Of a stretch of DNA of 64,000 bases, positions 25,501 through 38,200 are shown one piece after another. Source of the DNA: Rhizaria sp. SCN 62-66 (Eukaryota); assembly GCA_001724265.1 (NCBI GenBank), contig MEDY01000002.1:62001-126000 (forward strand), given 5' to 3'. A program made the position numbers and the translations under genes. Position 1 is the stretch's first letter. Every line of letters begins with the position of its first letter. A model generated the notes under the pieces. The model searched no databases. It saw only the letters and a list, made by a program, of their open reading frames with translations, and was not told the DNA's origin.

Positions 25501-28500
25501 GCCGGTCTCAGTGCCGGTGGCGGCGGCGGCGGCGGCGTCATGCACGGCGCCCAGGCGCCCGCGGTGACGGTCAGTGTGACCCAGGGCGGGCATGGCGTCG
25601 TGTCGCCGTCGCCGACCGGGTTTAACACCGCGACTGGCAGCGCGGGCGGCAGCGTTGGCAACCCCGCCAGCCACCAAGCCACGCCGCAGGTCACCACCGT
25701 GGGGCTCAGCAGCAGCGGCGGCACGGGCAGGGTGGGGCGGCATCGCCGCTCGCAGTCGGGCTTTCGCGACTCGTCCGTGTTCTCGCCGCTGACGACGCTG
25801 ACCACCACCACGGCGGGCGCGGCAAGTGCCAACGCGGCCAACAGTGCGGCGCCGGCGCCGAGCGTGGTGATCGCCGAACACCTGAGCGGCGGCGGTGGAG
25901 GCGGCATGGTCCCGGGCACCACAGGCACCTCTAGCCGCGGCCACTCGCGCTGCAACAGCGCCACCAGCGCTGTGCTCAACGCGCTCATCCTCAACACCAA
26001 CGCCAACACCAGCGGCACCACCTCGGGCACCACGTCGCCGCCCTACAGCACCACCGGCGGTGCCGTCGCGAACGCGGGCGGATCAGGACCCATGCCTCAG
26101 CTGTTACCCATGGGTTCCATGGGTTCCGCGCCGATGCCCACCATCGGCGGCTTAACCACCGGTCCCTTGCCGATCCGCCGACTGTCGAGCCACTACCACA
26201 GTAACTCGAGCTCCGCCAACGTCAACGGCGTTGCCGGTCTGTATGCCAGCGGCTTCACCTACGAGGACGAAGGCGACGACCCAGTGTTCTACTCGAAGCC
26301 CCACTCGAGCCGCAACAGCTTCCTCCTCACCAACGCCGCGGCCGCCGCCGCAACTGGCTCTGCTGCCGGAGCCGGCGCGGCGTGCCCGACTGCGAGCGCC
26401 AACACGACTGCGATGGCCCAGGCCGCGGCGTTCGCGTCGCTGCGCAGCCACGACCCTCTGCTGAACCCCACGCACTCGGGCTCTTCCGCGCCCAGCGGCA
26501 GCGGCCACGGCTCCGGCGTTGCGCAGCCGCTCTACTCGGAGGCGGGCGTGTTGCTGCCAGTCGCGGGCGCGCCCGTGGTGTACTCGCGGCCGCCCTCGCG
26601 CGCGCGGTCGCCGCATCCGTTCATCCGCTCTCTGTCCCCGCTGCACTCGGCGCTCAGCGGCGCCGCGGGCGCTGCTGGGGCGGGAGATGCTGGGACGGGC
26701 GCGGGCAGCAGCGCGGGCAGCATGGTGACTGCGCTGAACAAGGCCGGCAGCGACGGACCGAGCGCGAACATCTTGCATAACAGCGCCGACCTCGCCAACG
26801 GCTCCGTTCCCGGCTCCATCGAGTTGCCGGTCACCTCTACGCGGTCGCGTCGCGCATCATTCAACCACGGCAGCGCGACCCTCGGCGCGGGCGCCGGCGC
26901 CGGCGGGGGCGCGACGGTGGGCTTGGGCTCGTACGTGTCACTGGCCCCCGCCGCCGCGGGCGCGGGCGCGGGCGGTGAGCCGAGCGCAGTGCTGTCGCTT
27001 CTGTCGCCCGCGATCCACGGCCACAGCCACTTCCCCGCCACGATGTCGGCCGCCGGCGCGCACGCGAGCGCCGGCGGCGGCGTCCCGGGCAGCAGCGACA
27101 GCACTGCGCCCGGCACCAGCTCGCGCCGCAGCAGCACGCACCGGCTGCTGTCGCGGCGCAACTCGCGCCAGCAGCCGCTCGCGGCCACGCCCGCGCTGGC
27201 GCAGGCCGCCGCCGCCGCGACCACGGCGGTGGCCGCCTCGGGGGTCGCGAGCAGTGCTCACGGACACGCCCACGGTCACCCGCACGGTCTGAGCCCCGAC
27301 GCGTCCGAGGCCAGCAGCCCGGCCCACGGCCACAGCATCGGCCACCGCCACCACAGCGGTAGCGGCGCGCTGCTGGGCTCGGGGCCGGGGTCCTCGAGTG
27401 CGAGTGCGGCCCACACCCACCCCAGTCTCGACGACAGCACCACGGGCCCCTCGACTGGGGTCCACACGCGCGCGCTGACCGCCGAGGCCGGTCAGGCTGC
27501 AGGGGCCCATAGCGGCAGCGCTGGCGGCGCTGCGCCGTCGAGCGCAAACGCTGCCAGTGCCGGTTCTGCGGCGACGCCGTTGATTGTGGTGCCCCCGGAC
27601 GTCTTGCTCTCCCCTACCGGGCCTGTGACCGCCAGCGCGAACGACGCCGCTGCACCGGAGAGACTGACCACCACTGTCCCGGCCGCCGTCGCCCCTGGCG
27701 TCAGTGTCCCGACCGCGGCCGCGACTAGCGCACCTGCGGCCACGAACGCTGCGACCACCGTTAGTAGTGCTACGACGGCGGCGACAACGGCGACGGCGAC
27801 GGCGACGACGGCGACATCGGCGCGCATTGCTGGTGTTACCCAAGGCACCAATAAAGCATTCATGGAGCGTCCCGTCACCGACTCGCTCGAGATTTTCCGG
27901 TCCACAGCCGCGCACGCCCCCACGGTGATGTACGCCCACGGCAGCGCCGTCGCCGGTAGCGGCGCTGCGGGTGGCAGCCACGCCGGCGGCAGCAGCTCTG
28001 CCACTGGCGAGGCCCACGCGCCGGGCACGCTCTCCGCCGCCGCCAACCACAACAATAATAACAACAACAACAACAACAGCAACAACAACGGCAGCGGCAG
28101 TAACGCTGCCGGCAACGGCCAGCCCCACGCCGCCAACGCGGCCAGCGGAGCCGCCGCGGGCGCGGGCGCTCAGCCCCCAGCGTGCGGCCTGCCCGACTGT
28201 GACGACGGCGTTGCGGGCCCCGGCGGTGCTGGTGGTGCGTCCAGTCCGCAGCGGCGGCGCGCGCGCGCGCCGCGGCGGCGGTCGAGCAAGAAGGTCGCCG
28301 CCGAGGCCGCGCTCAACGCCGCGCTGGGGGCGACGCGCGGCACAGGCGCAAGCGCGGGCACCTTCTCGGCCGTGGCCGCGCAGACAGTGATCGTGACGAC
28401 CCCGCTGGCGTCGGTCCTCAGCAGCGACGGCACGGTTGTCAACACGGTGGCGCTGGCGGCGATTCCTGACGTCGACGACTCGAACCTGAGCGACAGCAAC

Positions 28501-31107
28501 AGTGACAGCGGCAGCAGCACGCGTAGTGACAGCAGCAGCGGCAGCTCCAGAAGCGACTCAAGCAGCGCGACACTGGGGACGCGCGCACTCAACCGCAAGA
28601 CTAACGCTAAGGACAAGAAGGAGAAGATCGGCAAGCTCGTCGACCACTCGAAGCGCACACGCACCGCCCCCGTGCCCAGCTTCCTCCACCCGCACATCAT
28701 CACCGAGGAGAAGATTGACACCAGCAGCAGCCACAGCAGCAGCAGCAGCAGTTCAGCTCACCTCGAAGGCAACAACAACAACAGCAGCAGCAGCAGCAGC
28801 AGCAGTAGCAGCAGTAGCCAAAGCAGCAGCCTCATCGTCGTCGCCGCTCCCGCCGCCCCCAGCACCGGAGTCCTCGCGTCCGGCGCCGCCTTGGCCTCGG
28901 CCGCGACGGGCGCCGTCTACGCCAGCTCCGGCATCGCCGCCGGCGGGTATCCGCTGCCGACGGGGCCCGAGCTGCAGATGCATGAGCACTACTCCCGCAA
29001 CAACAGCCGCGCCACCAGCCACCGCAAGCGCAGCGGCAGCAGGCACCGCCGCCGCCGCCACCGCAACCGCCATGCGGGCGCCGGCGCCACCGGCGGCAGC
29101 AGCGGCAGCGGCGGCCACGACCACGGCCACAGCCGTCATGGGGGAAGCATCGCAGCCGTGCCGGTTCACACCGCCAGCGGCGGCGGCGGCGCTGAGACGT
29201 CGCACCTGCCGAAGCTGCCCATGGTCACGCGCGCCTCATCCACGGCGACCGCGGCGGCCGGCACGTCGCTTGTGCCCCGCGGCTCCGGTGTCTCCGGTGT
29301 CTCCCGCGGCTCCGGCAAGTCTCACTCAACGACGGTCAGCGCGGCCTTCGCCGAGGCCCGCGCCGCGCGCGCGCGCCGCCGCGGCGAAAAGGACGCGCTG
29401 CTGCTGGAGGCGCTTAACGGCACGCAGCAGTACGAGGAGTACCGCATGGAAGTTCTGCTGCATCGACTAACGCGCTTCACCAAGAACACGCGCGAGGAGC
29501 TCATGGCGACCGCGCACGAGGCCCTGGCCGCGTTCATCTACACCCAGATCGAGCTGCACACCACGCCAGGGCTGGAGCGCTGGCGCGCGCACCGCCGCCT
29601 GCGGGCCCGCAACCCTGACTGGAGCCTCGAGATGGGCTTCGGGCTGCACATCGGCTGGGCCATTGAGGGCGCAATTGGTTCTCGCAACAAGATCGATGCC
29701 AGTTATTTGAGTTCGAACGTGAACCTGGCGGCTCGCCTCGAGGGCGCGACGCAGCAGTATGGAGTGCACGTTCTCATGTCGGGCCACTTCGTCGTGCTTC
29801 TGCACCCGGACATCCGCGCGCGCTGCCGCCACCTCGACTGCGTCACCGTCAAGGGCTCCACCGTGCCGCTTGACCTCTACACGTTCGACCTCGCCGACGC
29901 CATCATTCCCAACACCAACTGGGCGGCGCTGACGAACCCGTACCGGTCGGGCGCCAACGGCGGACTGGCCGCGGCGGCCGCGGTGGGCGGCCCGGGCGAG
30001 ATGATGCAGCCGCGGCGCCCGCTGTTCCCCAACTTTCCCGGGTTCAACCGCTCTTCCCCGCTGCACCAACAGTACCAACAGGCGCTGGCGTTGCAGCAGG
30101 CGCGCCAGCAGCAGGCGCTCACTCAGCAACAGCTGTCACAGCAACAGCACCAGCCGCAGCTACAGACGCAGCAATCACAGTCTCAGCCACAACAACATCA
30201 GCAGCAGCAGCAGCAGCAGCAAGTGCAGCAATCTCACCCCGCTTCGAACGCTGCTTTCGTCGCCGAGAATGGCGCCGCTGCGAACGCGTCTGTGATGAAC
30301 GTCAACACCGCCGCCGCCGCCGCCGCGCTCGCCCGCCGTCCGCCCATGCCCGGCGCTGCGGGGTTCTTCCCCCACACAGTCACGCACGCGCACGGCACTG
30401 CCGCCGGCGCGGGCGGCTTAACTTCCGGCCAGCAGCAGCAGCAGCAGAACATGGTTATGTCTCCCGAGACTGAGTCTCTGCTGCTTGCGGCCGGCTCCGG
30501 CAGCGGCGGCACCCCCACCACGGTCGCCGCGGCGGCCGCCGCAGCCGCCGCGGTGGGCGCGGCCGCGGGCTCTGGCGCTGGCGGCGTCATTGGCGACACG
30601 CCCAGCAATGCGGCCACGGCCGGCAACGGGTTTATGTTCGGCGCAAACGGCGAGATGAACAGCCCGTTCAACCGGATCGACCTCGCCGCCGCTGCCGCCG
30701 CCGAGGCCGGCGACTCGACTAGTATGGACACGCCGCTGAACATCACCACCAACGCCGTGAACAACATCAACAACGCCGCTGCGTTCGCCAACGCCGGCGG
30801 CGCTGGCAGCGCCAGCGGCGGTTCCAACGCCACAGCGGCTGCTGCTGCGGCCGCGCTCGCGGTTGCCGCGGCCTCTGCCGGCGCTGGCGTCGGCAACAAC
30901 GCCGCGGCGTGGCTGCAGGGCAACCGCCGGCTCACGCAAGGGTTCGACCGCTTCTCCTCCTACGGCGCGCCGTCGACCGCGATCCCGCTCACCGCCGCCG
31001 CCGCTGCCGCTGCCAACGCCAACGCCAACACCAGCAACCACAGCGGCAGAGTCGGCAGCGGCAACGCGGCCGACGCCGCGTCTATCTCCGGCGCCGGCGG
31101 CATCACT

Positions 31108-31148
<41 letters not shown>

Positions 31149-32162
31149 TGGCCTGGACACGAGTCTGCTGGGGCCGCTGCCGCCGCAGTCGTGGCTGCCG
31201 ACGATGCGGGGCCGCCGCGCGTCGCTGGACAGCTCGCTGGTGCTAACGATCGCGCAGCAGCACAGCCTTAGCGGCGCGCACGGCGGCGGCGGGCCATCGA
31301 TCACGCCCAGTCTCGCCGCGATGCACCTGGGCCCCTCGCCGAACAACCAGCAGCAGCACATGCACCACACGATGCTGCAGAGCCAGCAGCTGCTGCAGGG
31401 CCAACAGGGTATGTTCGGCGTCAACGCCACTCCGGCTGCCGCCAGCACGGCGATCGTAACCTCCGGCCTGAACAACAGCACGGTCTCGCCCGGCCTCGGC
31501 AACCCCGGCACTGGCGCTGGCGCTGGCGTTGGCGTCGTGAGTGTGACCGGCGGCGGCGGCGGCTACCAGGGCCGCATGCGCCGCCGCGGTAGCCAAGCAT
31601 TCCTGACCGGCCACCTCCCCCTCAGCACCACCAACGCCAGCGCTCTGGGTGGCGGCGGCATGACGGGTGGCAGTGCCGCCGGTTTGATGGGGACGGCCAG
31701 CGTCCGCTCGTCGTCTGTGCATCCCCTCGCGGCCACTACCAGCGGCGCGCTGGTCGCCACGCCGGCGCCGGCGCAGATGGGCCAGAGCCAGGGGTCCGCT
31801 CACGGCCACGGGTATGGACACGGGCACGGCGGCCGAGGCAGTCAGAACAACACGACGTCCGACGCTGCCAGCGCGGCGAGCCTCGCTGCCGGTACCGTGA
31901 CCCCCAGCATCAACAACGCGGGATACAACCGCATGACCACGACCGGTGGCAACAGTCAGCAGCAGCAGCAGCAGATGCAACAGCAGCAGCAGATGCGGAA
32001 TGCCGGGTTCTTCAACCCGCCGTTGTCGACCCGGAGCACGCTCAGCAACGTCAACAACGTTAACGGCGGCAGCGGCAGCTTCGCCACGGGCCTCAGCGCC
32101 TTCTTCGCGCCCAACGTCAACAACAGCAACAATACCACCGCGGCAGACTCCAATGTGTACGC

Positions 32163-32234
<72 letters not shown>

Positions 32235-35200
32235 ACAGCAGCAGGGTCCCAACGGCGAGGACAGCGACGTGTCGTTCCTCGGGGCGATGGGCCCTAGAGT
32301 CGCGTACAATAACAACAACAATAACCACATTCACCGGCGCACGAGCAGCACTCAGCCGCTGCTCAACGAGAGCCTCAGCGGCAACAACCCCAACCTGCAC
32401 AATGTAAGTACCGCCAGTGCCAATGTAAGTACCCTGCCCGGACTGCTCCGCGTGCCCTCGGCGACCCCGCTGTCGCCCCGGTCCACCCTGACCAACTTCG
32501 CGGGCGTGAATGCCGCTCTGGGCGGCATGGGCATTACGCGTGCGAGCTCCGTGCGGCCGCTTGAGATCGATCCGAACGCGTTCTACGGCAACCCTAACGG
32601 GCCCGTGGCTGCCAACAACAACATCGTGACCGGCGGAATGACTGGAGGCGGCGGGAGCACGGGGCACGGCGGCCACTACGGCGCAGGCAGCACCGGTCCC
32701 GGGCAGTTCGGCGTCGTGAGCGCGATGATGAACAACAGCAACGTTGGCGGCGGAAGTAATATCAACATCAACAGCAACATGAACGCTGCGGGCTTCTTCG
32801 CGCCGCCGACCGTCGACATCACCGGCGGCGGCGGCAGCAGCGCCACTCCCGGTGTGTACTCCTTCTACGCCGCCGGCGGCAACGCGGGCAGCACGGCCGG
32901 GGTCAGCGCCACCGGGGGCGGCGAGACCCGGTCCCCGCCGGCCGCGCTGAGCATGCTGCGCGGCATGAGCATCCACCGGCCCGTGTCGTCGCTCTCGGCG
33001 CTGGCGTACAACAACCTCCTGAACAACGCCGCCGCCGCCAATGCGAACGCCGGGTCTCAGGGCGGTGTCGCGTCGCCGTCACATCAGCAACAGCAGATGC
33101 ATCTCATGTACCAGCAGCACCAAATGCAGCTGCAGCACCTCCAGCAGCAGCACCAGCACCAAATGCAGCAGCAGCAGCAACAACAGCAGCAAATGATGAT
33201 GTCCGGCGGCGTCTGCGTCTCGCCCCCGCTGCCGCACGAGTCTACCACGCCCGGGCTGCAGGCCCACTCGCACGGCGGCGCGGGCGGCAGCGACCACGGC
33301 AGCGCCGCTGGCTCCAACGTCGCCGCCGCGGCCAACAACGCAGCGCAGGCGAACGCAGTGGTCGGCGTGGGTTCGCCAGGCAGCGTCACGTCGATGCTCT
33401 CGTTGCACCAGCAGCAGCAGAGGCAGCAGCAGCAACACGGTGGCCACATGGGCTCTCCGCGCAGCACCGGCTCTGGCTTCGCTGCCGCCGTCGCTGGTCT
33501 CGCTGGCGGCGTCACCGGGCACACTCCCCCGATCGACGCGGCCCACGCTATGTCGACCAGTGTGCACGGCAGCACCGGCAGCGGCGGCGGCGTTTCCGGT
33601 CACGGCTCTTCCGGTGCGAACATGGCGGCAGCGGCCGGTTTTGCGACGCCGCGCAACGCGGGCATGATGCCCATGTTTGAGCGGACCAACTCGCAGATCC
33701 ACCTGCAGCAGCAGGCGCAGCGGCAGCTCATGCAGCAGCACCAGCAGATGCCCGGGCTGACTGGGCCCGGCTCGCTGTCCGTCGCCGCGGTCGCCGCCGC
33801 CGCCGCCACAGCCGCCGGCCTCACCCTCAACCAGGCCCCGGGCTCTGACGGAAGTAATCCTTTCACCAACGCCGGCGATACAGGCGCTGGCGCTGGTGCC
33901 GCCGGTAGCACTGGTGGGAGTAAGTCTTTCAATCTGCTCTCGCAGATGAACTGGCCCGATGTGAACCTTGCGCAACTGCAGTTTCTCGTCTCGAACGGTT
34001 TCGGCTCCGCGCCCCTCGCCTCCCTCCGCATCCCCTACACGAACCTGCCGTCGACGGTGCGCACGAGCATCAACCGCGAGCGCCGCCGCACGCGCCGGTC
34101 CACCGCCGTCGGCGCCGTCGGCTCCAGCGGCGGCAGCGTCGGCAGCAGCGACGGCATGAGCCTCAACGCCGGCGCCGGCCTGCCGTCCCCGTCGGTCGCC
34201 GCCGCAGTCGCCGCCGCCGCAGCCGCGGCTGCTGCTGGCGGGAGCGCCGCTGCTGCGGGGGCCGGTGGCAGCGCGATGGCTCGCATCCCGGCGACGTACA
34301 CACTGAGCGACGCGCTGAACGCGATGCTAGCGGCCGCGGGCAGCGAGTCCGTCTCCGCCGTCGCCGCCGCGGCCGCTGCCTCGGCTGTCATCGGCGGCGG
34401 CGGCGGCATCAGCGGCACTCCGCAGCTGTCTCAGACCCCCGGAGTTGGCGCGACTTCTAACAGCCCCGGCGTTGCTGGCGGCGCTGGCGGCAACACGGCC
34501 TCGGCCACGCCCAACTCGAGCGCAAACGCAACCGCGAACGCCGCGACGGTGGGTGCCAGCAACGGGATGACGATGCCGCTCTCGCCGCTCTCCCCGCCCG
34601 TGTCGTCCCGCGGCACGCTGCCGCCGCCGCAGTCGCTGCGCGCAGGCAGCAACACCAGCAGCAGCGGCGCCAACAGCGCCGGCGCCGGCGCCGGCGGCCA
34701 CCACCACCTCCACGGCGACCCCCAGGGCGGCAGTAGAGGCAGCGGCGGCAGCAGCGGCGGCAACGTCTTTTTCAACGTCAACACCTCCCCCATGAACACC
34801 AGCGTGACTGGGTTCAGCCCCGCCTCAGCCGCCGCCGCTGCCGCCGCCGCCGCGGCCGCGAGCGTGCTGGCCAGCGGCGGCTCCGCCACCCCGGGCCCCG
34901 GATACAGCCACGGGTCGCTGCGATCGCCGCACCATGGCCACGGCCACGCGCACGGACAGCTGCTCCAGCAAAGCGGCCAGTTCGCCGGCGGTAACATGGC
35001 TCAGCTGCAGCACCCGTTCACGCCCTCCAATGCGCACAACAACACCACTGGGAGCAGCGACCCCGCGCTTACCCCCGCGCACACGCCGGCCTCGCATGCC
35101 GGCAGCGCCGCGGGCGGCGTCGGCGGGATGACCAGCGCCGGCGGCGCGGGGATGCCGCTGTTCCAGCGTACCCCCTCGATCACGCGGGGCGGGTCCTCAG

Positions 35201-38200
35201 GCCGTCTGGGCCCGCATGGCCACAGCCAGTCGTCGGCGGCGCTCCGCAGCAGCAGCACGGGCCGCACCGCGTCGCTGCTCTCGCCGCTGCACAACAACAG
35301 CGGCTACGGCGGTGGCCTGGGCAGCGGCAGCAACGCCAACACGATGTTCACGTTCAACGGCATCCCATCCACGGTGGCGGCCAACGGCGCCAACAACGGC
35401 GGGTTCGTGAGCTACGGCCTGGGACTTTCTCTGAGTCCGTCGCAGCATCAGCAGATGATCCTGCTCCATCAACAGCACCAGCAACAACAACAGCTGCTGC
35501 TGCAGCAGCAGCAGCAGCAGCAGCAGCAGAGTGGCCCTTCGTCGGGCAGCTTGACGTCCCGCAACAGCATCCTCGGCGGCGCGCGCGGCCGCTTTATGCC
35601 CGCCACAACCCCACTGTCTGCCGCGAACCTCAACGCCAACGCCAGCGCCAGCGGCAACAGCGGCTTCGTCACGGTCATGCCCCCCACGTCGCTCACCATC
35701 ACGCTGAACAACAGCAACCACGGCAACACCAACAACAGCAGAAGCGCGTTCAGCCACGGCAACCCGAACGTGCACTCGCCCAACGGCGACACGACCACGC
35801 CGATCGCGACCCCCGTGGCCCGCAAACAGATCCAGTCGCCGCGCGCCACCGCGGCCGGCCCCGGTGCCGCGGGGGTCGCCGGTGTTGACGCCAGCGACAC
35901 TGCCACCGACGGGGTCGAGAGTCTCCTCGTCGGCGGCGGTGGCGGCGGCGGCGGCATCGGGACTCGCGCGTTCGGCTTCGCGGCGTTCGAGACTGACTCG
36001 CCGGCTATCACGGAGGTGGGCGCGACCGCGGGCGGCGCTGGGGTGCGTTCGCAGTCTGCCGCCGCGGGCTTCAACAACAACAACAACGCCAACAACACCA
36101 GCGTTAGCAGCAACAAGAACAACAACAGCAACCTGACCCCGAGCCAGGGCGTTGTTGCCGTGACCACGCTGACCCCGGGTGTCAACGCAATCGCGGTTGT
36201 GCCCATCGCGCTTAGCAGCAGCAGCAATACGACCAACCCGCAGCAGCAACAGCAGCAGCAACAGAGTCAGCAGCAAGGGCTGTCGGCGGCGGACGGTGGC
36301 CCCACCACCAGTGTGTTCGGCGCCTCCACGGCCTCGACGCCCCCGATCCAGCTGCAGCTGCCGCCGCACGCCAACGGCAACACGTCCGTGCAGCTCAGCA
36401 GCGGGGATCTAAGTGCCGCCCAGCAGCAGCAGCAGCAGCAGTCGATGAGCCCTGCGTCGCTGCTCCGGCGCTCGCTGCCGTCGCCGAGCTCAAACAAGGG
36501 CACCCGTCACCATAAACACCAGCAACAACAACAGCAGCAGCATCAGCAGCAGGGCGGTGTAGGCATGAACAGTGGCGTCGTGGCCGTCACCAACAGCTCT
36601 TTCGTCAGCAACACCGGCAGAGTCGCCGGCGCCGGCGCTGGTGCTCATGGAGTCGTCGGCGTGACCGTGTCGAGTGGCGATGAATCCAGCCCCGTCAAGC
36701 AGGCCTTCCACGCGAAGTTAAGCCGCCTCGGCGCACTGGCCCCGCTGCAGCTGCCGAGCGACCACGACTCCGCGGGACGGCTGCCGCTGGTCTCGCCGCT
36801 GTCGCCGGACGCCAAGGCGCGCGCGCCGAGCCCCAACGGCAGCGGCGATGACAGCGACAGCGGCAGCCCCACGCAGCCCCACGGCACCGTCGGCGTCCAC
36901 GGCAACGGCAACTTCGGCGTGGCGCCCGTCTACGGGATTAAGACGAGCGCCGCTGACTCCGCAGACACGATGCCCTCCGCTCGGGGCTACGGCGTGTCTG
37001 ACGGCACTGAAAGCCAGCACAGTCAGGGCCAGATGCGGCCCCGCGGCCGCGGGCAGGCGTTTAACTTCGCGCCCGATCCCAGACCGAGCAACGCCAACGG
37101 TAACGGCAACGGGAATGTCAGTACCACAAACGCGCGCACCAACGCCCGCAACAGCACCGACACCATCGCCAGCACCGTCAGCTCTGCTCACAACAACACG
37201 AACAACAACGACGCCAACGTCAACGTCAGCGCCGAAGGGCCGGCGATGAGTCCCCGCGCCTCTGACGATATGTCGCAGTACGGCGGCAGCCGCATGGCGC
37301 CCCGGCCGCGGCACAGGCGCGGCCCGTCGATCGACCTCAACCCGCGCCGCCAGTCCGTCGTCGAAACAGAGGACAGTACAAACATTGACGCGGCCGCCGC
37401 GGCCACAGCGGCTGCGGCGGTGACGGCGGCTATGCGCGCGAGCGCGAGCACAAACGCCAACCGCGGCAGCTTCAGCAGCCTCGGCGGCAACAACAACAAC
37501 AACAACAACACCGGTGCGAGCGACGTCCACAACACCAGCAGCCACCGCGACAGCGCGCGCACTGTGTCCAGCGTCATCACCACCTCGGGCACCGCCGCCG
37601 CCAGCGGGGCTGCCGCCGCCGCCGGTGGCGGGAGAGCCAGCTCCACGTCGGATTCGCACCCGTCGCGTACCTCCGCTGGCGCCAGCGCCTCGAGAGACGG
37701 CGGCGTCGCCAGAAGTGCAAACGCGGCCCTGGGCTCCAACGTCTCCGCCGCTGCCGCCGCGGCCGCTGCTGCCGCGGTGGCCGGCGCCGCCGCCGTGGTC
37801 GCCGCAGCAGCAGCCGCGACACAGGCCGGCGGCGGCTTTAGCGACGAGCTGCTGTCGTCCCTCTCCGTGCACACTACCGGCAACAACAGGGCGTCTGAGA
37901 ACGCGTCTGGCAATGGGCCGACGCCGCCGCCGCAGCTGCAGGCGCGCGCGCTCACAAAGACCCAGTCGCAGCCCCCCTTGCAGTCGCACGCGCCCTCGCA
38001 CGCGCCCTCGCACGCGCACTCGGAGGCGTTGGCACTGTCACAGACGCGGGCGCTGCCTCAGGCGCACGCCGCCGGCCGCTCTGGGGCCGTGCTAGACGCG
38101 AGCATCGGCGGCAAGATGACGGTGCTTCCACCCACCGGCCCCGCCTTCGTACCGACGGACGACCGCTACAGCGACGCCGAGGACTCGGACTCGGACTCGA

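Noticed and set aside
19096-29502. Intein or mobile element as the source of the inserts splitting the cyclase and C2 domains
   Set aside because: No Hint-domain termini (C/S...HN), homing endonuclease, transposase or RT motifs, terminal repeats or target-site duplications were seen; the inserts are simple low-complexity sequence.
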